26,651 bases of DNA, taken from the NCBI GenBank assembly GCA_043805855.1, contig JAZDHP010000053.1, forward strand, positions 1 to 26,651, read 5' to 3'. The notes below the pieces were generated by a model that was given only the letters and a program-made list of their open reading frames with translations, was not told where the DNA came from and did no database searches. Both the position numbers and the translations under genes were made by a program. Shown in pieces: positions 8,966 to 16,203 of this stretch. The number at the start of each line of letters is the position of its first letter. Within the stretch, counting starts at the first letter, position 1. Source of the stretch: Candidatus Micrarchaeota archaeon. GTDB lineage: Archaea > Micrarchaeota > Micrarchaeia > Norongarragalinales > UBA8480.

Positions 8966-9216
8966 CGCTTGAAAGGCGTGCCTTTGTTCAACCCACCCAA
9001 AATTAACGAAGCACGCAGAACAAGACGAGGCGAATAGCCTCGGTAGGAAAGCGAGATAAACCATCTCGCCCACCAAACACCCCCAAAGACACGAGAGTGT
9101 CTTAAGGTGCTTAGTTCGAAACGCTATGGCGTTCGACACGATGAAGCACCAGGAGAACGTAAGAACCAGAGGATCGTAAAACACTTTTTGATTGCTGGGA
9201 AAACGTTCTCCTACCT
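8966..9216 (+). ncRNA. Candidate structured non-coding RNA, unassigned
   Basis: Six consecutive stems: 8976-9016, CGAGGC/GCCTCG, GCGAGAT/ATCTCGC, AAGACAC-GAGA-GTGTCTT, GGTGCTT/AAGCACC and AGGAGAACGT/ACGTTCTCCT; followed by a T-tract at 9218-9228. Confidence 0.6.
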
Positions 9217-9245
9217 ATTTCTTTTTTTGTTAAAATTAGTGAAAA

Positions 9246-10286
9246 CTAGTCCATTCTTTTAAGTAGTTCGGCGCGCAGCCGCTGTGCTTCTTTGAAAGTA
9301 AGTGCCGGAATTGCGTTTATTGCTTTGCCAGATTCGTTTTGGCTGTAAACTTGCCTTGCGCCGCTTTGTACTTTTAGTGAATATAAGCTAAAGAGTTTTT
9401 CAAGCGGCCCCTGTGAAATTGTTAAGTCTTGAATTGCGGAAAATGGAGTTGAAGTTTTTACATTGCTGAAAATAATTGAATAGGAAAGTATTGTTTGGGT
9501 TTCTCGCAGTTCAAATTTAAACGTCGAGGCAATAATCGCTTGAACTCCGAAGGAAAAAACTAAGCCAAAACCAACGTAAACTAAAAGGATCAAAATATCA
9601 AAGGGTATTGAACTAAGCGTCGCAATTAAACCAATAAAAACTAATGAAATAAAAGTAATAATTGCTTTTAGCGCAAGTAAGCGGTAATACAGCGAACGGC
9701 TAAGCACAGCAGAGGTAAAAACGTTTTCTTCACTTGCTGAAACGCAAGTAGTTTGTTTAACTCCCGCTACGCCCACAGCTTTACTTTTCGTTGTTGATTT
9801 TTGTGTTGACTTAGCTTTTTTGCTCAAAATAATAGACTTAATGTATTCCGCGTCTTTAGTGCGAATGCCTGGAATTATTCCAGAGAAGCCAGATTGAAAA
9901 GACATTGTAGAGATTTTGAGTGTTGACGCACTTAATATCATTGAAAGAAAATCTTGAACTAAGTCAACTTCTTGGATTTCTTTATAGGAAAAAGAAGATA
10001 CATTTTTGGAAATTACGCCGTGTTTAATTGTCACGACATCGGGGCTTAAAGTAACTGAATAATTTTGCCACTGTAGTTTAGCCCATTTGTAAGAACAGAT
10101 AGAAATAATTGCAGTTAACAAAATCCAAATTGGAATCGCAAACCAAGTTGACAAATTAAGAGCTTTAGGTAAGAATAACGCAGGGAAAAAGGCAAACATT
10201 GCTAAAATAAAAATCCAAATTAACCAAGGGTAAAGCATAAATGCAAATCTAGGTTTGAAAATTTGCTCTTGTGCAGTTGACGCCAA
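9246..10286 (-). CDS. Membrane-flanked bacterial PH-domain protein (bPH_2, YdbT-like, two repeats)
   Basis: Two [TM-TM-PH] units: 'YKEIQEVDLVQDFL...STLKIST' and 'FSAIQDLTISQGPLEKLFSLYSLKVQS'. Confidence 0.8.
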   Translation of the reverse strand: MASTAQEQIFKPRFAFMLYPWLIWIFILAMFAFFPALFLPKALNLSTWFAIPIWILLTAIISICSYKWAKLQWQNYSVTLSPDVVTIKHGVISKNVSSFSYKEIQEVDLVQDFLSMILSASTLKISTMSFQSGFSGIIPGIRTKDAEYIKSIILSKKAKSTQKSTTKSKAVGVAGVKQTTCVSASEENVFTSAVLSRSLYYRLLALKAIITFISLVFIGLIATLSSIPFDILILLVYVGFGLVFSFGVQAIIASTFKFELRETQTILSYSIIFSNVKTSTPFSAIQDLTISQGPLEKLFSLYSLKVQSGARQVYSQNESGKAINAIPALTFKEAQRLRAELLKRMD

Positions 10287-10287
10287 T

Positions 10288-10773
10288 TTACTTTCGCCCC
10301 TTTTTGCCGTGAATTTGGCTCAAGATTTCTTCGCGAAGCGCAGTTGCGTTTTTTGGATTTACTCCATCAATGTGCGCAGCTACTCCAGAAGTAATTGTTG
10401 GAGTTGAAACATGAACGTCCCAAATTCCAAAAATCCTATCAAGTATATCCTGGTCAACGTAAACATCTTGAATTTTGCTATAAGGAAGTGTAGTTTCTCG
10501 CGTTGTAATGACGCCTTTTTTAATTACCATTTGCTTTGAGGGCAAATCGTAAAAGTAGCTCTTATAATATTCGTTTTCAAACCAGACTTGCCAAATTGCA
10601 AGGATAACCCAAACAACTGCAACTGGAAGTAACGCATCGTTAATCGTTGCTGAAGTTAAAAATACCCAAAGTGCAGCTAAAACTGCTAAAAGCACAGTCC
10701 AACTTATCATGGATAAAATCCATCGCTTTACAATTTTAACCCGTTCAAGGGGATATTCATTAACAGTTGCCAT
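10288..10773 (-). CDS. bPH_2 domain membrane protein (YdbS-like)
   Basis: Two TM helices, then 'IKKGVIT...LPYSKIQDVYVDQDILDRIFGI'. Confidence 0.85.
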   Translation of the reverse strand: MATVNEYPLERVKIVKRWILSMISWTVLLAVLAALWVFLTSATINDALLPVAVVWVILAIWQVWFENEYYKSYFYDLPSKQMVIKKGVITTRETTLPYSKIQDVYVDQDILDRIFGIWDVHVSTPTITSGVAAHIDGVNPKNATALREEILSQIHGKKGRK

Positions 10774-10823
10774 AACTACAAGTAGTCAGTTCGAATATTT
10801 AAAATGCAACACAGCACAGCCAG

Positions 10824-11579
10824 TTAAAAAGAGAGTAAATTATTATTTTTCTCTAGCCATTCTTCGCACGTGTTGTGCCCCGGGCAAAATTGTTCAACTG
10901 TTTGCCAAAACGCCTTGCTGTGATTAAAGTGCTTTAAGTGCGATAACTCGTGAATAATCAAATAATCAATAACGTACAGCGGCGCCATTGCTAACTTCCA
11001 GTTGAAATTCAAATTACCTCGTTTGGAGCAGCTGCCCCACTTTGTAGTCTGCCCGCGAATCGCTATATCGCCAGCTTGAACTTGCAACGCAGCTGCGTGT
11101 AGTGCAACGCGTTCTTCGAACAACTTCCGCGCTTCGCGCTTGTAAAAACCAGTCAAAGCTTTCCGCGCACGTTGCTCCTCATAGCGTTTTAATTTTAAGT
11201 TGAACCTTTTACCGTTGCTTTCGTCGCTTGATAGCGTCGCGTAGTCTCTCAACCCAGCTGAAACTACAATTTGGCAATCTTCGCCAAGATACTTCGCAGT
11301 GCTGCCGTCGAGAAAGTTAAAAGAATAACTTGGCTTTTCATTTTCTTCAGCAAGTTTTCGGGCGAGCCACTGCTGATTTTCAGTGGCAAATTGCATTGCT
11401 CTAGCTTCACTTGCGCGTAGTGGCATTGTTAACTTAATTTTTCCCCGCGAGACGCTTAAACGTAGATTGCGTGATTTGCGCGAACGGCGCAGCGTAATTG
11501 GAATTACTTTCCCGCCTAACAGTAGCTCCTTAGTAATTTCAACTGCTGGCTGCTGCGATTTGGAAAAAAAGTTGAACAT
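10824..11579 (-). CDS. YgjP/DUF45 (SprT/M48-like) zinc metalloprotease
   Basis: 'KWGSCS...LNFNWKL...IDYLIIHELSHLKHFNHSKAFW' (HExxH). Confidence 0.9.
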   Translation of the reverse strand: MFNFFSKSQQPAVEITKELLLGGKVIPITLRRSRKSRNLRLSVSRGKIKLTMPLRASEARAMQFATENQQWLARKLAEENEKPSYSFNFLDGSTAKYLGEDCQIVVSAGLRDYATLSSDESNGKRFNLKLKRYEEQRARKALTGFYKREARKLFEERVALHAAALQVQAGDIAIRGQTTKWGSCSKRGNLNFNWKLAMAPLYVIDYLIIHELSHLKHFNHSKAFWQTVEQFCPGHNTCEEWLEKNNNLLSF

Positions 11580-11604
11580 CGTTTAGTTATTAGCGCGAGA
11601 GATT

Positions 11605-12945
11605 TTAATTACTGCGTATGAGTTCAACCGCTTCTTTCACAGTTACGAGTTTCTCTACGCCGGTTTCGAGATTGCGCAGTGTAATTTTTTTCTTTTCAGC
11701 TTCTTTTGGCCCGATGATAGCCGCATAGGTAAAACCTTGCTTTGCCGCGTATTCAAGGTTTTTGGAAATTGAGCGGCCAATTAAATCAACTGCAGTGCGT
11801 ACTCCAGCTGAGCGTAGTTCACTCGCAGTTTCAATGCACTGCGAAATTGTTTTAATTGGGATAACATAAACTTCTGCGTTTGTCTTGCGCATTTTGTTCC
11901 CTTTTAGTTTAAGCACTTCACTTATCACGTCTAACCCAAATGAAATTCCAATTGCAGGGATACTCTCACGGCCAGCAAATTGGCCGATTAAATTATCATA
12001 GCGCCCGCCACCTGCAAGACTAGAGGTAATTGGACAATTGCGACAGTAAGCTTCAAACACGGTTCCAGTGTAATAAGATAACCCGCGTGCGAGTGAAATG
12101 TCAATTGAAATGTTTTCAGTTTTGTCGAAACTCTCAAGGTAGTCGAATACTTCTTGCAGTTCAATTAAACCTTGTTCGGCTTTTGCGTTGCCTTTTACTA
12201 ATTTACTGCACTTTGAAAGCGTTTCACTTGCTTTTAGCTCTTCAAATTCCAAGATTGTTTCCAAGATTTTACGCGAAGCTGAAATGGAAATTCCCTTGTC
12301 AACAAGTTCCTTTTGAACTCCCTCGCGTCCGATTTTTGTAAGTTTATCAATGGAAAGGATAGCTATTTCAATAGAATCTACGGTAACGCCGAGTTTTTCT
12401 AGTAAACCTTCAAGTAACTTACGGTTGTTTACTTTTATAACAAAATTAATTCCCAACGCAGTGAACGCATCGCACACAAGCGCAAGAACTTCTGCGTCGG
12501 CAACCCCGCTTTTACATCCAACAATATCAACATCGCACTGTATGAATTCACGGTAGCGGCCAAGTTTTAGTGGGCCGTCGCGGAACACTGGGCCAATTGC
12601 ATAGCGCTTTACTGGCATTGGAAGATTAGGATTAGCTGCAATTACGCGACACAGTGGAACGGTTAAATCATAACGTAGCCCGAGTTCGCGTTTGCCTTGG
12701 TCTTGGAACTTGTAAGTTTCTTTTAGAATTTCTGCCCCGCCGGCGTATTTGCTTGAAAGCACACTCCATTTTTCAAAAGCGGGGGTTTCAAACGGCGTGA
12801 AGCCATATAGCTCAAAAGTATTTTTCAAAACATTTACAACGCCATCGCGGAGTAGTTTTTCCTCGAATAGAAAATCTCTAGTTCCCCGCGGCGCAGCTAG
12901 AGACACGTCTTCCAACTTTTCATCTTTTTCGTTTTCTGGGTTCAT
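11605..12945 (-). CDS. hisS: Histidine--tRNA ligase
   Basis: 'PRGTRDF', 'LRYDLTVP', 'GRYREFIQCDVD', 'LARGLSYYTG', 'GGGRYD' and a C-terminal anticodon-binding domain. Confidence 0.98.
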   Translation of the reverse strand: MNPENEKDEKLEDVSLAAPRGTRDFLFEEKLLRDGVVNVLKNTFELYGFTPFETPAFEKWSVLSSKYAGGAEILKETYKFQDQGKRELGLRYDLTVPLCRVIAANPNLPMPVKRYAIGPVFRDGPLKLGRYREFIQCDVDIVGCKSGVADAEVLALVCDAFTALGINFVIKVNNRKLLEGLLEKLGVTVDSIEIAILSIDKLTKIGREGVQKELVDKGISISASRKILETILEFEELKASETLSKCSKLVKGNAKAEQGLIELQEVFDYLESFDKTENISIDISLARGLSYYTGTVFEAYCRNCPITSSLAGGGRYDNLIGQFAGRESIPAIGISFGLDVISEVLKLKGNKMRKTNAEVYVIPIKTISQCIETASELRSAGVRTAVDLIGRSISKNLEYAAKQGFTYAAIIGPKEAEKKKITLRNLETGVEKLVTVKEAVELIRSN

Positions 12946-12955
12946 TTTATTCGCC

Positions 12956-13001
12956 TTTCTTTTTGGGCCGAACAGGCCTTTTTCTTTTCTAAAGAAAAAG
13001 G
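12956..13001 (-). repeat. Three-tract element, copy D, in tRNA-His 3' trailer / hisS leader
   Basis: Minus strand: CTTTTTCTTT-aga-AAAGAAAAAG-gcctgttcggccc-AAAAAGAAA. Confidence 0.85.
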
Positions 13002-13009
13002 CGGTTTAG

Positions 13010-13144
13010 GGCAAGGGTCGGGATTTTCCAGCATTCGGTTTTCTTTTCCCGACGGCTTTTCTTTTTTCAAAAAGAAAAGGCTCTTTGAACCCGAGTCAAA
13101 GGATCCACAGTCCTCTATACTGACCAAGCTATACTACCCTCGCC
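13010..13144 (-). tRNA. tRNA-His(GTG) with encoded G-1 and a 60-nt intron at 59/60 (13083-13024)
   Basis: G-1/C73; acceptor stem GCGAGGG/CCCTTGC; anticodon arm GAGGA-CTGTGGA-TCCTT; T-stem TCGGG/CCCGA. BHB: central helix TTCA/GGAA (one A.G mismatch), bulges AAG and AAT, intron helix AGC/GCT. Spliced T-loop TTCAAAT. Confidence 0.93.
13039..13079 (-). repeat. Three-tract element, copy C, in tRNA-His intron
   Basis: Minus strand: CTTTTCTTTT-tgaa-AAAAGAAAAG-ccgtcgg-GAAAAGAAAA. Confidence 0.9.
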
Positions 13145-13325
13145 ATAAATTTAACGTTGTTTGCAGCGCATATGGTACGCGCTAGAAGTTAAAAAATGGG
13201 AAGTTTGTTTAAAAGCAGTTAAGATAAAGAGTAGCGGTTGCGTTTCCTTGTTTTCAATAATGAAGTAAACCACGACTCACATTTATCACTTATTTCTTGT
13301 GCTTTTTGTACCTTTTAATATAGTC

Positions 13326-13384
13326 GCTATCAGCCGCTATCAACTTCATCACAAGTCAGAGGTTGTTCAGGTTCATCACTTAGC
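13326..13384 (-). ncRNA. Archaeal C/D-box methylation-guide sRNA
   Basis: Minus strand: GCTA-A-GTGATGA(C)-ACCTGAACAACCT-CTGA(D')-CTT-GTGATGA(C')-AGTTGATAGCGG-CTGA(D)-TAGC. Four perfect boxes, 13- and 12-nt guides, 4-bp terminal stem, intergenic. Confidence 0.92.
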
Positions 13385-13436
13385 AAAGTAAAAGGGGAAA
13401 AGTTAAATTTAAGCGGGACGGTTCGCTAGAAAAAAG

Positions 13437-14039
13437 CTATTTCGCGCCGAGGATTTCTTTTACGCGTTTTTTTTTCATTGCTAGTTCATGCAAGGGAGTT
13501 CCTTCAAAGTTATTGCGAGTTGCAGTGTGTTGAAAGAACCGCTCTCTCAAAGGCAACGCATTTTGCCTAGCGATAATACCTTGCGGCGATTTGCTTTTGC
13601 TACTTGGCACCGCTAGGAACACCTTTGTGCCTTTTTTGATTTGTGGCGCAGTCCAATGCAAAAAAGCATTAACTAAATATTCAGTAGGCCGGCGTCCAAG
13701 TTGCTGTTGCAATTCGCGACTAGCCGCGGTTTCCATTTCAGGAGACCATTGCAATTTACGCCCAGTTCCAGCGTATTGTGTTCGCAGGCGTTGAACTGCA
13801 CCTATCCATAAGTGCCCGTCAAAAGTTAAGTCAAATTGCATTACAAAACGCGGTTCTCCCTTAGCGTCGCGTAGAACCAAGTGAGGAGAAGGTGAAAAAT
13901 ACTTCGCTAGTTTAAATCTACCTCGAGTGGGACATTTATCGCCGTATAGCCATCCTGGTTCTTTAATTATGCTATGCGTATCTGTTTGTAAAATTACTTC
14001 AGTGTTTGCCGCTTTCCATTGCTCATGGGGAGAAGTCAT
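13437..14039 (-). CDS. Hypothetical protein
   Basis: 200-aa ORF overlapping the antiporter stop (ATGA-type coupling); no family recognised. Confidence 0.65.
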   Translation of the reverse strand: MTSPHEQWKAANTEVILQTDTHSIIKEPGWLYGDKCPTRGRFKLAKYFSPSPHLVLRDAKGEPRFVMQFDLTFDGHLWIGAVQRLRTQYAGTGRKLQWSPEMETAASRELQQQLGRRPTEYLVNAFLHWTAPQIKKGTKVFLAVPSSKSKSPQGIIARQNALPLRERFFQHTATRNNFEGTPLHELAMKKKRVKEILGAK

Positions 14040-15853
14040 TTTAATTTTACCCCTCGAGTTTGTTTCTTTGGTTCAAGTATTGAATAGTTTTCCATGAAAG
14101 AATGCGCTGCTTTGCCAAGGTGAATTGCAGCAAGTACCGTATAAACCGCCGGCACTAGCAGCGCAAGCGCAAGTGAAGCGTAGTTAGAGTACATTAGCAA
14201 CGTAGCTACTATTCCAAGTACGACCATTATGAAACCTGCAAATACGTCGAACGCGTTTGACTGCGGGACGGAAACGTTTTTAGATTGCTTGAAAACAGTT
14301 GCGAATATTGAAACTTCAATTGTTCGGATTAACGCTTTCAAGTACTTTGCAAAATTGTAAAGTGGCCAAATTATCAACGGCAACAGCAACAGCGCTAGCG
14401 ATAACTCGGTTGGAACTCCTTGAAGAAATGAAAAAGTAATTTCTTTACGAAGGATAAACGCGAGGTACACTACGGATATAGCAATTGTTAAGTTTGAAAA
14501 AATATGCTTGAGTAAAATAGCAGTTTGGTTTTGAAAAGCGCGGGTTATGAAAACAGTTTCAAGCCCTTCAATTTGGTCGCCTGCAAGTGCAATGCGTTGC
14601 CTTACCTTTATTGGATAAATTTTGAGAAGCGCAGCTGCAACCGCGTCAATTCTATCAAAAATAAATGGCCCGATTAACGTTGTTAAAATCGTGAGGGAAA
14701 ACGCGATTGACAGCAAGTCGCCGGAATTTCCAATTAAACAACTCCCAGCCGCAACGCAATTAGGCGCGTTTAGCTTCTCCGCTGCAGACGCGATTAAAAT
14801 ACCGAATTCGCCGATGGGAATCATTATCGCGCCTATTGCAACTGAACTTGGAATATTAAGCCCAATTGCAGTGCCAAACACGCCGTACGAAAAAATCTTC
14901 ACAATACAATAAAGCGCAACAAGCACAAGTACAAACACAATCAACGTAACCGAATGAGGTAGTAAGACTTTTGATCCAAAACTAACAAAGAAGAACAAGA
15001 GGAACAATTCACGGAGGAAACTAAACTCGCGCTTGATGCGGTCGGCGAATCCAGTTTCTGCAAGTGCAAATCCCGCAAAGTACGCGCCGAGAATTGCAGA
15101 GAGGCCAAGGAAAATTCCTAAAAAGGATACCACAATTCCAGTTCCAAGTGCGAATAGGAAAATTTGGTCACGGTGCCCCCAAGCTTCAAGCCGCTCCATA
15201 ACTGGCCGGGAAACTTTTCCAACTATGAACAACATTGCAATGACGAAAATCAACGCGTTTAGAACCGCAATGTTAAACGACTGGTTACTAGCGACAGTAG
15301 AGAGAAACACAACTAACAGCACTGCAAAAATATCCTGTATAATTAGCACGGAAATTGCAATGCGCGATTCAAGCGAATGCAAAATGTTCTTCTCAATAAC
15401 AAACTTAACCGCTTCAACTGTACTAGCGGCAACTAACATTGAACCAATTACAAGCGACTCCATATCGCCAAAACCGAACAACTTCGAAACAATAAAGCCA
15501 AGTGCAAACGCGCCGGCCATTTCAATAAATGACAACACAACGGCAATGCCGCCAGTTTCCTTAAACCGCTTTAAGTTAACCTCTAGACCTAAATAAAACA
15601 AAACCGCAAGTAGCCCAATTTCACCAAGCGCAACAGAAATGCCAGTCTCGGAAATATACTGCAACCCCTGCTGGCCTAAGAATAAACCAGCTAAAATGAA
15701 ACCAACAGAAGAAGAAACACCAAACCTGGACAAAATAACGCCAAAAACTAAAGCAACTAGCAACACAACGCCAAACTCAGTTACAGGTAAACCAGAAACA
15801 CTTGAAACAACTGCACTCGCGCCGTGTTCAACCAAACCAGTAAATGGAAACAT
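14036..15853 (-). CDS. Cation:proton antiporter, CPA2 family (KefB/KhtU-like) with extra C-terminal TM segments
   Basis: 'GEIGLLAVLFYLGLE', 'VLIIQDIFAV', 'ILGAYFAG' and 'PIGEFGILIA'. The start is uncertain; 15913 would collide with the likely tRNA-Arg promoter. Confidence 0.88.
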   Translation of the reverse strand: MFPFTGLVEHGASAVVSSVSGLPVTEFGVVLLVALVFGVILSRFGVSSSVGFILAGLFLGQQGLQYISETGISVALGEIGLLAVLFYLGLEVNLKRFKETGGIAVVLSFIEMAGAFALGFIVSKLFGFGDMESLVIGSMLVAASTVEAVKFVIEKNILHSLESRIAISVLIIQDIFAVLLVVFLSTVASNQSFNIAVLNALIFVIAMLFIVGKVSRPVMERLEAWGHRDQIFLFALGTGIVVSFLGIFLGLSAILGAYFAGFALAETGFADRIKREFSFLRELFLLFFFVSFGSKVLLPHSVTLIVFVLVLVALYCIVKIFSYGVFGTAIGLNIPSSVAIGAIMIPIGEFGILIASAAEKLNAPNCVAAGSCLIGNSGDLLSIAFSLTILTTLIGPFIFDRIDAVAAALLKIYPIKVRQRIALAGDQIEGLETVFITRAFQNQTAILLKHIFSNLTIAISVVYLAFILRKEITFSFLQGVPTELSLALLLLPLIIWPLYNFAKYLKALIRTIEVSIFATVFKQSKNVSVPQSNAFDVFAGFIMVVLGIVATLLMYSNYASLALALLVPAVYTVLAAIHLGKAAHSFMENYSILEPKKQTRGVKLK

Positions 15854-15968
15854 ACCAAAAAGTAACGCAAAACCACAATAAAAACACTCGCGGTTCACGC
15901 GAGACACACCCATTTAAAACAAAAACAACCTATAAACATAAAAGGGCCCGTAGCTCAGCCTGGCGATC

Positions 15969-16013
15969 CTTTTTCTTTTAAAAAAAGAAAAAGCAATCGA
16001 TGGAAAAAGAAAA
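15969..16013 (+). repeat. Three-tract element, copy E (Arg D-loop intron)
   Basis: CTTTTTCTTTT-aaa-AAAAGAAAAAG-caatcgatg-GAAAAAGAAAA. Confidence 0.9.
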
Positions 16014-16081
16014 CCAACGATTGCCTCTATAAATTAAAAGAAAATCGGTCAGGTAAATAGAGCGATTGCCTCCTAACGACC

Positions 16082-16125
16082 TTTTCTTTCTTAAAAGAAA
16101 GAAAACGATCGACGAAAAGAAAGAA
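16082..16125 (+). repeat. Three-tract element, copy F (Arg anticodon intron)
   Basis: TTTTCTTTCTT-aa-AAGAAAGAAAA-cgatcgacg-AAAAGAAAGAA. Confidence 0.9.
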
Positions 16126-16163
16126 TTTTGGAGCAAGCAATAGGTCCCGCGTTCGAAGACATC

Positions 16164-16203
16164 CCTTTTCTTCAAAAGAAAAGGTTCGTCACTCCTAAAA
16201 GAA
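16164..16203 (+). repeat. Three-tract element, copy G (Arg T-loop intron)
   Basis: ccTTTTCTT-caa-AAGAAAAgg-ttcgtcactcct-AAAAGAA. Confidence 0.85.

Noticed and set aside
8681..9184. 167-aa minus-strand ORF
   Set aside because: It is antisense to the wHTH gene and overlaps the structured region; the composition is not protein-like.
8966..9216. RNase P RNA or SRP RNA
   Set aside because: No GAGGAAAGTCC-type P4 motif and no SRP helix-8 motif seen on either strand.
12942..13127. 61-aa ORF similar to the 5709 ORF and abutting hisS
   Set aside because: It overlaps tRNA-His; the similarity comes from the shared intron element.
15033..15596. Long antisense ORFs (also 4058-4537, 17453-18031, 24116-24496)
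   Set aside because: They are shadow frames of well-supported genes on the opposite strand.
15978..16175. 65-aa minus-strand ORF
   Set aside because: It is antisense to tRNA-Arg exons and introns.
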